Of a stretch of DNA of 64,000 nucleotides, positions 36,879 through 45,872 are shown piece after piece; position 1 is the stretch's first letter, and each line of letters begins with the position of its first letter. Source of the stretch: a virus. Its lineage: Duplodnaviria > Heunggongvirae > Uroviricota > Caudoviricetes. Both the position numbers and the translations under genes were made by a program. Where the stretch lies: positions 11,134 through 75,133 of the IMG/VR virus record IMGVR_UViG_3300044591_001876; one strand, given 5' to 3'. The notes under the pieces are model-generated. The model did not search any database and was not told where the DNA came from. It worked only from the letters and a program-made list of their open reading frames with translations.

Positions 36879-37861
36879 CACTCAAACGATCAATTGATTA
36901 CAAGGATCAACTACTCACTTTCAAACAACTTGAGGGTGTAGTTGCTCGTAAAGACATTATCACTGGTCCTGCTGAAGCTATTGTTGCTCAAGCAAAGATC
37001 AATGATTTTTCCTGGGAATCTGCTGTTCAAACATATTCGAAGTTCACGAAAGAAGAACAAGCAGACATTCGTAAGTCTGGACAGCAATTGCTGGCTGGAT
37101 ACTATGATCCCCTCACAAATACCATAGGTTCTCCTGGTTCTAACCCCACAGAAGCCAGGGGTATCATGATTACCCAAATGTATCTCAATCAGGATCGTTG
37201 CTGTGCTTATAGTGGCGACGGTCCATATCATATTTTAGATTTTCAGGTAGAACACATTGATCCTATTGCTGGTGATCATCCAGAAAATATTGTACTTGTC
37301 CTTGCTAACATCAACGAGAACAAGAAGCAATCTGCTCAAAATTTTATTCAACGTTGTGAACGTCGATATGAAATGGGAGAGCTTGAATATACTATCTGGT
37401 ATAAGTCTATGAAAGACGCTGTGAAGCGTAATCATAAGATGAAAGCGGAGATTCTTTCTATGAGTGAGCATGAATTGTGTCAGTATTGGCTCACTCGTAC
37501 CACACCCAAATACGACAAATATGTGTGGCGTAACATTGGGATGTCTTCGCTGAGTGAATTCCGTATCCTCAAGGGTTCTGGAATCAAGCGAGCTGGTGGC
37601 ACTCAGGGGAACTACGTGGACATCCTCAACACTATCGCTGCCGAGCACCTGTTCGGAAATCCTGACGTAGCACGAGACATCTACGAGTGTGCTAGAATGT
37701 TCAGGAGCAATTTTCTCAATGGACGGATTCAGCGTGAGGAATATGCCATGTTTAACATGGAGATTATAGAGTTGTCAGATCACATCAATCCAGGTTATAA
37801 TAGAGAAAAGTTTTACAACAACATCGTTCGGAACAACTATTCATGGCCTCATCTAAACTGA
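36875..37861 (+). CDS. HNH-motif nuclease domain protein (328 aa)
   Basis: CCAYSGDGPYHILDFQVEHIDPIAGDHPENIVLVLANINENKKQS = C..Y.G....h...vEHI.P...G..h..N....N...K HNH signature; ATGA overlap with helicase stop. Confidence 0.6.
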   Translation: MTLKRSIDYKDQLLTFKQLEGVVARKDIITGPAEAIVAQAKINDFSWESAVQTYSKFTKEEQADIRKSGQQLLAGYYDPLTNTIGSPGSNPTEARGIMITQMYLNQDRCCAYSGDGPYHILDFQVEHIDPIAGDHPENIVLVLANINENKKQSAQNFIQRCERRYEMGELEYTIWYKSMKDAVKRNHKMKAEILSMSEHELCQYWLTRTTPKYDKYVWRNIGMSSLSEFRILKGSGIKRAGGTQGNYVDILNTIAAEHLFGNPDVARDIYECARMFRSNFLNGRIQREEYAMFNMEIIELSDHINPGYNREKFYNNIVRNNYSWPHLN

Positions 37862-38700
37862 CCAACCATTCCCTGTACCGCTACGCTGGCGGTAAAAATA
37901 GGATGAAAAATGAGATTATCGACATTATCAAGGATGTTTATCCTGGTGTCGATTATGTTGTTTCTCCTTTTCTTGGCGGCGGTTCGGTTGAGATGCTGCT
38001 TGCCTCTCAAGGCATTCAAGTACAGGCATACGATATTTTTCGTTCCCTTGCCGATTTTTGGGAAATACTGACTACCGAAGGTGGCAACCGATTGGCGGAT
38101 GAAGTCACTAAACATTATCCGTTGATTGATAGTGATCATTATAAATCTTTTCTGCCATTAATGGATAGTGAAGATAAATTTACCCGTGCCTGGGCATTCT
38201 ATATTGCTATCAAGGGATCTTATTCTGGAAAGATTGGATGCTCCACTGTACGCTCTAGGGCAGAATTTCGCTTGGTTGGTGTGGAAAAGCTTAGGAAATT
38301 CAATAATCCCAACTTTAGTTTCAACTATGGCAGTTGTTTCGACACCATTCCCCAGCATGTAGATGATTTCATGTATTTGGATCCACCGTACTACGAAACT
38401 GTCAGCCATTATTATGGTAAGGATGGTGAACTACATAAGACGTTCGACCATGAAGAGTTTGCCGAGATTCTTAAATCTCATCGTGGCGGCTTTGTAATGT
38501 CCTACGATAACAGCGAAAGTGTTCAAAACCTTTATAAGGATTGGACTGAGTTTCGATACTTGACTTTCCCGTATCAAATGTCTGGCACTAAGCGGTATGA
38601 GAAAACGGAACTCATCATCGTTAAATATCCAGAAAATCCCAAACCAAAACCCAAAAGTATACTAGAAACGTTTTTAACACAGGAGAATGTAAATGTATGA
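37843..38700 (+). CDS. dam: Dam-like N6-adenine DNA methyltransferase (D12 class)
   Basis: N-terminal YRYAGGK (Dam xWAGGK), FLGGGSV (FxGxG SAM motif), YLDPPY (DPPY catalytic motif); 19-nt overlap with HNH gene. Confidence 0.75.
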   Translation: MASSKLTNHSLYRYAGGKNRMKNEIIDIIKDVYPGVDYVVSPFLGGGSVEMLLASQGIQVQAYDIFRSLADFWEILTTEGGNRLADEVTKHYPLIDSDHYKSFLPLMDSEDKFTRAWAFYIAIKGSYSGKIGCSTVRSRAEFRLVGVEKLRKFNNPNFSFNYGSCFDTIPQHVDDFMYLDPPYYETVSHYYGKDGELHKTFDHEEFAEILKSHRGGFVMSYDNSESVQNLYKDWTEFRYLTFPYQMSGTKRYEKTELIIVKYPENPKPKPKSILETFLTQENVNV

Positions 38701-38893
38701 AACCCTCACAGAATTCGAACGAGCACTCGCTCGTTTTGGTGATAAAGTTGGACTCATTGCCGGACTTGAAATTGCGGATAAAATCTCTCCAGAAGATGCT
38801 TATCAACAAATCAAGGAACTTTACAAAGAACTTAAGAGCCTCCGTAAACAAGAAAAATCTAGTTGGCAACAACTCGACTACGACAACAAGTAG
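38693..38893 (+). CDS. Small helical acidic/basic protein (66 aa), fourth gene of the cassette
   Basis: ATGTATGA overlap with dam stop. Confidence 0.45.
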   Translation: MYETLTEFERALARFGDKVGLIAGLEIADKISPEDAYQQIKELYKELKSLRKQEKSSWQQLDYDNK

Positions 38894-39035
38894 AGTTTGT
38901 TCACGTTGTGAAATTGAAAAACCATTAGATAAAGATCATTATCAAGTTGTAAAATCTTTTAGGTCGGGATTTTCTTATTATTGTAATGATTGCTCTATCG
39001 AAATGAGAAAGACCTCACCAGGAAATAAGAAATAA
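38886..39035 (+). pseudogene. Start-less remnant of an Endo VII-like nuclease N-terminal Zn ribbon
   Basis: VCSRCEIEKPLDKDHYQVVKSFRSGFSYYCNDCS parallels VCRYCKKEKPLTKDFYHRNHSTQNGFRYECKEC of ORF 10527; no ATG, no catalytic domain, frame differs from the 66-aa ORF. Confidence 0.4.
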
Positions 39036-39053
39036 ATAGTAAAAAACATTCAA

Positions 39054-39485
39054 ATGACGCTTATAGAAGCCTTACAAAAATTAAAATCTTTTTCCGAAGA
39101 TTTGTATTCTATTATTAATGGATACAATTATACTGGATATGATAAATTTTTGGAAAAGTATTCTTTGTCTATTTCAACTCAATTAAAAGCTATACTTCGT
39201 TCCATAGAAGTTAATGATCAGTTTACATTTAAATATGCTATCACCAATATTAGTAGTAAATTAAACAAAATTTATTATATTGGAGAATTGAATCAAATTT
39301 TTGTATCTAATGATATAAAATATTTTGATATGAATCAAGCTATGGAATGGTGTGATGATAATTGGTCTAATATGTCTGAATATATTAACGACATAGAAAT
39401 AGAAATTATTACGTGTATGGAAAATTATGAAAACATTTTTCAATACATGAATCAAAAATTTGCTGCTCGTTTTTACAATAGATAA
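39054..39485 (+). CDS. Hypothetical protein (143 aa), AT-rich
   Basis: ORF; AT-rich codon usage unlike neighbours. Confidence 0.5.
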   Translation: MTLIEALQKLKSFSEDLYSIINGYNYTGYDKFLEKYSLSISTQLKAILRSIEVNDQFTFKYAITNISSKLNKIYYIGELNQIFVSNDIKYFDMNQAMEWCDDNWSNMSEYINDIEIEIITCMENYENIFQYMNQKFAARFYNR

Positions 39486-39486
39486 C

Positions 39487-39747
39487 ATGACTTTATACTA
39501 CTACGCCATATTTGCTTTCTTTGCTATCATTGCTTATATGATGGTAGTAGATAAAAACGTCGTCATATTTATTGACTTGATGTTTCGCTATGCTGGGGTT
39601 CAACTCAAGCGAGCATGGTGGATTGTCAGATTTCACCCAATCAACCCAATCCCACGCTGGACTCTCAAATGGAGAGTCGAGAGGATGACCAGGCAACTGG
39701 AAAAAGATCTTAAGATCAACACAAAGGGCTTGACGGACCCCGACTGA
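39487..39747 (+). CDS. Small membrane protein
   Basis: ATG 39487; N-terminal hydrophobic segment LYYYAIFAFFAIIAYMMVV. Confidence 0.4.
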   Translation: MTLYYYAIFAFFAIIAYMMVVDKNVVIFIDLMFRYAGVQLKRAWWIVRFHPINPIPRWTLKWRVERMTRQLEKDLKINTKGLTDPD

Positions 39748-39780
39748 GCTGCTACCATACAACCATCAACGAATTTCGCC

Positions 39781-39963
39781 ATGACCAAGTACGACAAACT
39801 TATGGACGCTATTAAAGATCACCTGTATGGTTACTATATCAGTGGTCAGCAGAATGATGGTTGGGATGAATCAGATGCTCAGGAGAGTGCTCATGCTATT
39901 CTCAAAGCAGTTGAAGAGTATCAATCTTCTCCTCTAGCAAAAAGTTGGAGGGCATCTGATTAA
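39781..39963 (+). CDS. Hypothetical protein (60 aa)
   Basis: ORF. Confidence 0.4.
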   Translation: MTKYDKLMDAIKDHLYGYYISGQQNDGWDESDAQESAHAILKAVEEYQSSPLAKSWRASD

Positions 39964-40112
39964 TGTCACATTTAAAAGTGATGAATCTCCTCAATTCATT
40001 GGCATCAGCTAAACAAATTTTGGGTGAGATGGGAGAGTATGACGATTATGACTTGGTGGAGCTTCTCGAAATGAAATACGAGAAGATCTACGTCCAACTA
40101 TCCAAAAACTGA
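39963..40112 (+). CDS. Hypothetical small protein (49 aa)
   Basis: TAATG overlap; below track cutoff. Confidence 0.3.
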   Translation: MSHLKVMNLLNSLASAKQILGEMGEYDDYDLVELLEMKYEKIYVQLSKN

Positions 40113-40124
40113 CTTTACTTTATC

Positions 40125-40352
40125 ATGGACATCCGTATTCACAACAAGTCTGGCGACTACGTTTCTATTGAAGATTATATTCAAGAAATGGAAAGCACCA
40201 TCATTACTCTTCAGGCAACCATTGTTCAGCTTGAGTATCAAATGAAGACTCACACTCCAGCGGAACCCAAGGAAGCTCCCAAAACTGATTACGAAAAACT
40301 CAAAGAAGAAATTCTTGAAGAAGTAAACCTTGTTATTTCAGATCTACTATGA
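40125..40352 (+). CDS. Hypothetical protein (75 aa)
   Basis: ORF. Confidence 0.45.
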   Translation: MDIRIHNKSGDYVSIEDYIQEMESTIITLQATIVQLEYQMKTHTPAEPKEAPKTDYEKLKEEILEEVNLVISDLL

Positions 40353-40735
40353 CATTTTCAGAACCTGTTCTTGGCACTGCCACTAAAAAAATTAAACTCA
40401 ATTGGTGGGAATATTGGATTGGTCACTGTTGGATGACTGGATGGCAAAGTATTGGTGGAGCATTTCGTATCTGGTCAGATTTGATGACAGATAACTTTGC
40501 TGATTATGCTCTACCTAGGACTGTAGAAGATCCATTTGAAGAATGTCGTGATTGGTTCTGGGTATCTCTTGGCGAAGATAACACTTATCCCCGAGAGTTT
40601 CTTGAGTATCTACAACAGATGGTGGATGACATTGAGACAGGTAAAGAAGAACTGATTCCACTGGACGAAGATTTCTTTGAACGCTTGAAAGAACTTGTTG
40701 CTGATGTTGATTTAGAAGAGGATGATTTACGATAA
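40349..40735 (+). CDS. Hypothetical protein (128 aa), Trp-rich N-terminus, acidic C-terminus
   Basis: ATGA overlap. Confidence 0.5.
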   Translation: MTFSEPVLGTATKKIKLNWWEYWIGHCWMTGWQSIGGAFRIWSDLMTDNFADYALPRTVEDPFEECRDWFWVSLGEDNTYPREFLEYLQQMVDDIETGKEELIPLDEDFFERLKELVADVDLEEDDLR

Positions 40736-41219
40736 CGACAAGCTAAACGAAATTTACCACGCCACTTGGCCAAATTTAGGATGGGCAAAACGTATGACTG
40801 AACACAATCTCCCTGTGCCTGATGATATGTGCTGGGTTAATCTCACCAAAGAAGAAATAGAAGAACTTCGTAGTAAAAAACACACACTCACCGAATATGG
40901 TAGAGAACAATTGAGAAAACTTATGACACACGAAGAAATGCTTGATGAAGCAGAGCGTCGTGAGAAAAGCAATCGTGTTCTTCAAAGATATAATGATTAC
41001 TACAATATGGAATGTGCTGGACTTCCTCACGGCACACCCATCACACCAGAACATCAACAAATGATTACATTCCAATCTATGATTGATGCTCTACGTTGTG
41101 AGAACCTCAACCGTGAGTATAATGAGATTGCCATTTCTGATATTGAGGATTTGATTCAACGACTTGATGAACAAGCAACTAAGTTTCTACAACGAGTGAG
41201 AGAGAATAATGACCGATAA
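40722..41219 (+). CDS. Hypothetical protein (165 aa)
   Basis: ORF, overlapping start. Confidence 0.5.
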   Translation: MIYDNDKLNEIYHATWPNLGWAKRMTEHNLPVPDDMCWVNLTKEEIEELRSKKHTLTEYGREQLRKLMTHEEMLDEAERREKSNRVLQRYNDYYNMECAGLPHGTPITPEHQQMITFQSMIDALRCENLNREYNEIAISDIEDLIQRLDEQATKFLQRVRENNDR

Positions 41220-41595
41220 AGAAAAAGAAGTATTGGAAATTGCCAGAAAGTTTATGGATGAACATCACGAAGCAATGGCAGAACTTGCTGAGATTGAACG
41301 TAAAGAGTTTTATCGTTTCTTTGCAGTTGATTACTGTGCCACTGGTGAAGGACGATCTATTTGGTTGAAGATTTGTCGCAACTATCAATCATATGATGGC
41401 AAAGACCGTGAGAAAGAAAAGTGGGAAAAGTTTGTTGGTCATGAATACTATCTTCAATGTTCGGAAGAACAAACTGAAGAAGAGTTCTTTAAACGCTATG
41501 ACAATCTAATTCCAGAACGTGTTAGAATCATGGTTGAGAAACGTGATCAACCAATCTTTACTTGGGAAACACATTATCATTTTAACTATTCATGA
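41209..41595 (+). CDS. Hypothetical protein (128 aa)
   Basis: ORF. Confidence 0.5.
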   Translation: MTDKEKEVLEIARKFMDEHHEAMAELAEIERKEFYRFFAVDYCATGEGRSIWLKICRNYQSYDGKDREKEKWEKFVGHEYYLQCSEEQTEEEFFKRYDNLIPERVRIMVEKRDQPIFTWETHYHFNYS

Positions 41596-41789
41596 CTGAC
41601 AAAGAACTTCACAACCCAGACGAGTTTTTGCTTGACAATATCAAATCCTACCATTATGAGGTGATGGATGAAGGCGAGCATGTATGGATGGCATTCTATT
41701 TTGAGAATGGTAACACAGGACACTTGAATATTTTCAGGAATAATGGTAAAATCAACACTCGTTATGAGGAATGGGTCAATGACTCTTGA
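41592..41789 (+). CDS. Hypothetical protein (65 aa)
   Basis: ATGA overlap. Confidence 0.4.
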   Translation: MTDKELHNPDEFLLDNIKSYHYEVMDEGEHVWMAFYFENGNTGHLNIFRNNGKINTRYEEWVNDS

Positions 41790-42066
41790 GATCAACGCTA
41801 ACCAACCAGCATTCTCTATCGATGTGGAAGAACTGTTTGATGTGATTACAAACATCGTAGCACATCCACACACTGTTATCACTTTCCACGACAAACAACG
41901 AGCAGCAAAAATCTTCCTCGCTCTTCAAGATTATGTGAGTAATCACGTTCAAGGACAGGAAGGTTTTGGTCACTTTGTAATGTCAGAACCTGCCCTTGAT
42001 TTTGATACCTTTGTGGAGAATAACTTCAATGAAAAAGAACTGGAACAAATTCATAGCATGGGTTGA
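41779..42066 (+). CDS. Hypothetical protein (95 aa)
   Basis: ATG 41779 overlapping upstream stop. Confidence 0.4.
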   Translation: MTLEINANQPAFSIDVEELFDVITNIVAHPHTVITFHDKQRAAKIFLALQDYVSNHVQGQEGFGHFVMSEPALDFDTFVENNFNEKELEQIHSMG

Positions 42067-42250
42067 AGATGCTTATTGGGCATGTGGCAATGTAATTCAT
42101 TTTCGTACTGACATCTACGAAACTAAAATAGATTACTGTGCCTTTTGGGAAGAAATAAACTGTGGGTGGTATCAAATGTATATCTATCCATATGATGATT
42201 GGTATAATCCTACCATATCAAAAGAACGTAAACTGAGGTTAAATCAATGA
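42029..42250 (+). CDS. Hypothetical protein (73 aa), Trp/Tyr-rich
   Basis: ATG 42029. Confidence 0.35.
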   Translation: MKKNWNKFIAWVEDAYWACGNVIHFRTDIYETKIDYCAFWEEINCGWYQMYIYPYDDWYNPTISKERKLRLNQ

Positions 42251-42432
42251 AAGTACCGACTAAATCTGAACTCGTTCACCTGAAAATTCAGGCAGCAATG
42301 AGAGAAAACATTTTTGAAGAAGATCAAATGAAATACCTTGGTATTCGTGAAGGCGAGCACTGGTATCTTGTTGGCGGAAAGCATGAAGTTCCAGTATCAT
42401 GTATTGAAGATTTTGAGATGAACCACCAATGA
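42247..42432 (+). CDS. Hypothetical protein (61 aa)
   Basis: ATGA overlap. Confidence 0.4.
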   Translation: MKVPTKSELVHLKIQAAMRENIFEEDQMKYLGIREGEHWYLVGGKHEVPVSCIEDFEMNHQ

Positions 42433-42635
42433 CACAAAGAGCACAACAATTAATGGACGCCATCTGGAATGAGCGTAACACATGGGCGGACAGCGAGCAA
42501 AAACTCGTTGCCGCCATTATTCGTAAGACGATGGAACATGTGAGAACCATGACAGCACAGAAGATGAACAACTTGACAGTGCTGGATAAGGGTGATATGA
42601 TGACGCTATCCAAAGAAGTGGAGAATCTCCCATGA
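42429..42635 (+). CDS. Hypothetical protein (68 aa)
   Basis: ATGA overlap. Confidence 0.4.
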   Translation: MTQRAQQLMDAIWNERNTWADSEQKLVAAIIRKTMEHVRTMTAQKMNNLTVLDKGDMMTLSKEVENLP

Positions 42636-42901
42636 AACTGTTTGACTATTTCCATCAATACGATTACGGTCACGAGTGGTATTTGAATGTATTTTGTACC
42701 AGAGTGTTTAATTTGTTTCAATTTAACTTAGATTGGTCTGATTGGGGCTGTAGACCCATTTTTCTTTTGAATATTTTAGGGGAAAGTTTGTTTGGGTTTA
42801 ATATTTCTGTATACAGGTTTTCATTTTCTTTTGATTTCCTTGCTTATCGTCAACGTGATTTAAATTGGTATCGTGATGAACCTTCCAGCGGTCTTAAATA
42901 A
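42632..42901 (+). CDS. Hypothetical Trp/Tyr/Phe-rich protein (89 aa)
   Basis: ATGA overlap; aromatic-rich like next ORF. Confidence 0.3.
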   Translation: MKLFDYFHQYDYGHEWYLNVFCTRVFNLFQFNLDWSDWGCRPIFLLNILGESLFGFNISVYRFSFSFDFLAYRQRDLNWYRDEPSSGLK

Positions 42902-43241
42902 ATGGATTATCGGATTTAAACCGATTAAGTATACAATTTTTTGGTATTGGTATCGTCTTATCAATCATGATAACTGGCGTATGGATGACCACCAACGATA
43001 TGCTGATTTCTGGTTGAATCTCAATCATGGTTGGGATCATATGAATTATGTTCATAAATTTGAAGAATACTGGGGTAAAGGTTCTTATCCACCAGAACGT
43101 ATCATAGTATCAGAAGAAACATATGATGCTTTGATTGAACGTATTAATGCTCCCCCAGATCCAAAAGTTCAAGAAAGATTTCGTGAAATATTAAACAAAA
43201 AAGCACCCTGGGACGATGACTATGAACAACCCACTACTTGA
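42873..43241 (+). CDS. Hypothetical Trp-rich protein (122 aa)
   Basis: ORF. Confidence 0.4.
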   Translation: MMNLPAVLNKWIIGFKPIKYTIFWYWYRLINHDNWRMDDHQRYADFWLNLNHGWDHMNYVHKFEEYWGKGSYPPERIIVSEETYDALIERINAPPDPKVQERFREILNKKAPWDDDYEQPTT

Positions 43242-43740
43242 TAAATTTGATGAAATATACGGAAAATCTAAGGTAGAAACTGAGAAAGAAACTAAGGAAG
43301 AACCTGTAGATAAAAGAAAAGAAATTCTTGAAGAAGCAGAAGAAGAATTTGATAGAATCATAGGCGGTAACATCCCATTTACTATATCAAATACTCCTAT
43401 TAATTCTATTTCCGCCCCAGCAAAAGGAACACTTTCTATTAACGGTGGGGGTGAACTAACAGTATTTGATGGTAGCAATAATGTTGTGATACCTACAGGA
43501 ACTGTAAGTAATGGTTCTTTACACATGGATGGTAGTTGGGTGACGCCAAATACCATAACATCTCATGTTGTCAAACACAAGATGTTTACTATGGATCCTC
43601 AAAATGAAATGGAAGAACAATTTTGTAGAGTTCTTCGTGATGTTACCGATAAAAGAGCAATTATAACAGGATTGACTGTTAATTCTGACGGTGGCGGAAG
43701 ATTAAATTACTCTATTGAAATCGCTGGGACATATCCGTAA
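43216..43740 (+). CDS. Hypothetical protein (174 aa)
   Basis: ORF. Confidence 0.45.
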   Translation: MTMNNPLLDKFDEIYGKSKVETEKETKEEPVDKRKEILEEAEEEFDRIIGGNIPFTISNTPINSISAPAKGTLSINGGGELTVFDGSNNVVIPTGTVSNGSLHMDGSWVTPNTITSHVVKHKMFTMDPQNEMEEQFCRVLRDVTDKRAIITGLTVNSDGGGRLNYSIEIAGTYP

Positions 43741-43753
43741 AACTTATCAGTGC

Positions 43754-43782
43754 TTGACAGACCACGATCACCCTGTTATTTT
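43754..43782 (+). promoter_or_regulatory. Sigma70-like promoter upstream of RNA-repair genes
   Basis: TTGACA 43754-43759, 17-nt spacer, TATTTT 43777-43782. Confidence 0.35.
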
Positions 43783-43802
43783 AATTGAAATTAATCAAGA
43801 CC

Positions 43803-44972
43803 ATGAACTACGATTTTCCTGAAATTAATCATATTGACGATGTGATTCCTCACATTGAAGATCTCCCTGAGTTCAAGGTGATGGTCAAGGATTGGTACAC
43901 TGTCATCAATTATATGGTGGCGTTTGATGAAACGTTTTCGCTTGTTCGTGAGCGTAGTCACCACAATATGAAGATTCGTCGTGAGTGTCGTGGTCTGATC
44001 TTTGATACTGAAACTGGCAATCTTATTTCTCGCCCATACCATAAGTTTTTCAATGTTGGCGAGCGTGAAGAAACTGCTATCAACAAAGTTAATCTGTATG
44101 AACCTCATGTGGTTCTGGAGAAACTTGATGGTTCTATGATCCGTCCGATTCCTACAAAAGAAGGTTTTCGTCTTGCTACCAAAGCAGGTGTTACTGATGT
44201 AGCAATGAATGCTGAGGTGTTTATTGCTGACAAACCAGAATATGCTAAGTTTATCCGTTCCTCTATTGCTTGTGGGATGACCCCCATTTTTGAATGGGTC
44301 TCTAGAAAAAATCGTATTGTAGTTGATTACCCAGAAGATAATTTAATTCTTACTGCTGTTAGGGACAATCTAAGTGGAACTTACCTCCACCATTCAGTCA
44401 TTGTTGAAACTGGCAAAAACTACAATATTCCTGTTGTAAAATCACTTGCTGGACTTGCTGTTCAAAACATTGATTTGTTTGTCAATCAGGTTCGGGAATG
44501 GGATGATGGTGAAGGTATTGTGCTACGATTTAATAGTGGGCACATGGTTAAAGTGAAAGCAGATGAGTATGTGCTTCGTCACAAATCCAAGGAGCAGATC
44601 AGTCAGGAGAAAAACGTTCTCCAGACCATCCTAAGTGACTCTGTGGACGACGTTGTGCCCCTGCTCACCCCTGACGACGCCACCCGCCTTAAAGCGTTCC
44701 AGAACGCCTTCTGGCTATCTGTAGACGATCTTGCCAGCGAGATGGCAGACATGTATAATGCTGGTAACATCATGTATCCAGAGAAAAAGGATTTCGCTAC
44801 CAAGTACGTACAACGTATGATTCTACCGATTCACGCTCCTATCATGTATGCTATGAAAGGTGGTAAGGGTTCCCGTGCTACCATTATAGATATGATCAGC
44901 AAGTCGCTAACGACTCAAACTAAAATTGAACAAAATCGCTGGTTGTGGGGGCATCTGAAATGGAATGTGTAA
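43803..44972 (+). CDS. rnlA: RNA ligase 1 (T4 RnlA-like)
   Basis: Start at ATG 43803 (track uses TTG 43785); ECRGLIFD / HKFFNV / EKLDGSM align with T4 Rnl1 ECRGIMFE / EKFFNL / TKEDGSL (KxDG ligase motif I). Confidence 0.7.
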   Translation: MNYDFPEINHIDDVIPHIEDLPEFKVMVKDWYTVINYMVAFDETFSLVRERSHHNMKIRRECRGLIFDTETGNLISRPYHKFFNVGEREETAINKVNLYEPHVVLEKLDGSMIRPIPTKEGFRLATKAGVTDVAMNAEVFIADKPEYAKFIRSSIACGMTPIFEWVSRKNRIVVDYPEDNLILTAVRDNLSGTYLHHSVIVETGKNYNIPVVKSLAGLAVQNIDLFVNQVREWDDGEGIVLRFNSGHMVKVKADEYVLRHKSKEQISQEKNVLQTILSDSVDDVVPLLTPDDATRLKAFQNAFWLSVDDLASEMADMYNAGNIMYPEKKDFATKYVQRMILPIHAPIMYAMKGGKGSRATIIDMISKSLTTQTKIEQNRWLWGHLKWNV

Positions 44973-45469
44973 TGCTGTGTGGTATACCAACGTCAGGTAA
45001 ATCTACCTTCGTTGAACGTCTTCTCAAGACAGATTATTGGAAAAATTGTGTAGTGCTGTCCACAGATTACTACATTGATTACTACACCAAGAAATTTGGG
45101 AAGACATACAACGAAGTGTTTGATGAATACATTGACGAAGCAACCAAAAGCATGAACAAATGCTTGGCACATGCTATCGAAAATGAGAAGCACATCATCT
45201 GGGATCAAACCAATCTTGGTGTGAAAGCACGAAGAAAGAAACTGAATAAACTCCCGTCACATTGTCACAGAGGAGCAATCTATTTTGAAGTTCCTTTGGA
45301 AGAAGCAATGGAACGTAATGAACACCGTGAAGGTAAGTTCATTCCAAAAAGCATTCTTCATAGAATGTATCACCAATTTGAAATTCCCACTGTAGCAGAA
45401 GGATTTGATTATGTCGAATGTGGAACTGAAGAAATGCTTCGTCTTCGATCTCGATGGCACTATTTGTGA
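44960..45469 (+). CDS. pnk: Polynucleotide 5'-kinase (P-loop), T4 Pnkp N-domain-like, encoded as separate gene
   Basis: Walker A GIPTSGKST near N-terminus; ATG 44960 or 44972 (track uses GTG 44945); overlaps rnlA stop. Confidence 0.65.
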   Translation: MECVMLCGIPTSGKSTFVERLLKTDYWKNCVVLSTDYYIDYYTKKFGKTYNEVFDEYIDEATKSMNKCLAHAIENEKHIIWDQTNLGVKARRKKLNKLPSHCHRGAIYFEVPLEEAMERNEHREGKFIPKSILHRMYHQFEIPTVAEGFDYVECGTEEMLRLRSRWHYL

Positions 45470-45872
45470 TGTTCGTCACCGAAGACAATATGTAGCAACG
45501 AAACCCCGTAACTGGGATGCTTGGAATGCTGGTCTGGTAAATGATACACCTAATGTAGCAGTACAAAAAGTATTTCAAGCACTTCGTAATGATCAGGAAG
45601 TTGACTTGATTATTGTTTCTGGTCGCTCAGATGACTATAAAGAACAAACTATCAAGTGGTTGACTGACAACGAAATCTTCTACGATGAGATTTATATGAG
45701 AAAGTATAAGGATCATCGTGATGATGCGGTTGTCAAAAATGAGATTGCGGATGAGATTGAGAAGACACACAAAATTCTTGGTGTGTTTGATGATCGCCAG
45801 CGTGTTGTCAACATGTGGATTGAGCGTGGCATCTGGGTGTTTGATGTTGGACAAGGCAAGGGACAGTTTTGA
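45411..45872 (+). CDS. Polynucleotide 3'-phosphatase (HAD family), T4 Pnkp C-domain-like, separate overlapping-frame gene
   Basis: DLDGT HAD motif I (FVFDLDGTICDV) at aa 10-14; ATG 45411 (track uses TTG 45405); 59-nt overlap with kinase gene in another frame. Confidence 0.65.
   Translation: MSNVELKKCFVFDLDGTICDVRHRRQYVATKPRNWDAWNAGLVNDTPNVAVQKVFQALRNDQEVDLIIVSGRSDDYKEQTIKWLTDNEIFYDEIYMRKYKDHRDDAVVKNEIADEIEKTHKILGVFDDRQRVVNMWIERGIWVFDVGQGKGQF

Noticed and set aside
38697-38885. Treating ORF 38697-39035 as one 112-aa gene
   Set aside because: Its 5' two-thirds overlap the better 66-aa ORF (38693-38893) in another frame. Only the 3' Zn-ribbon portion has similarity to the 10527 nuclease, so it is called a remnant.
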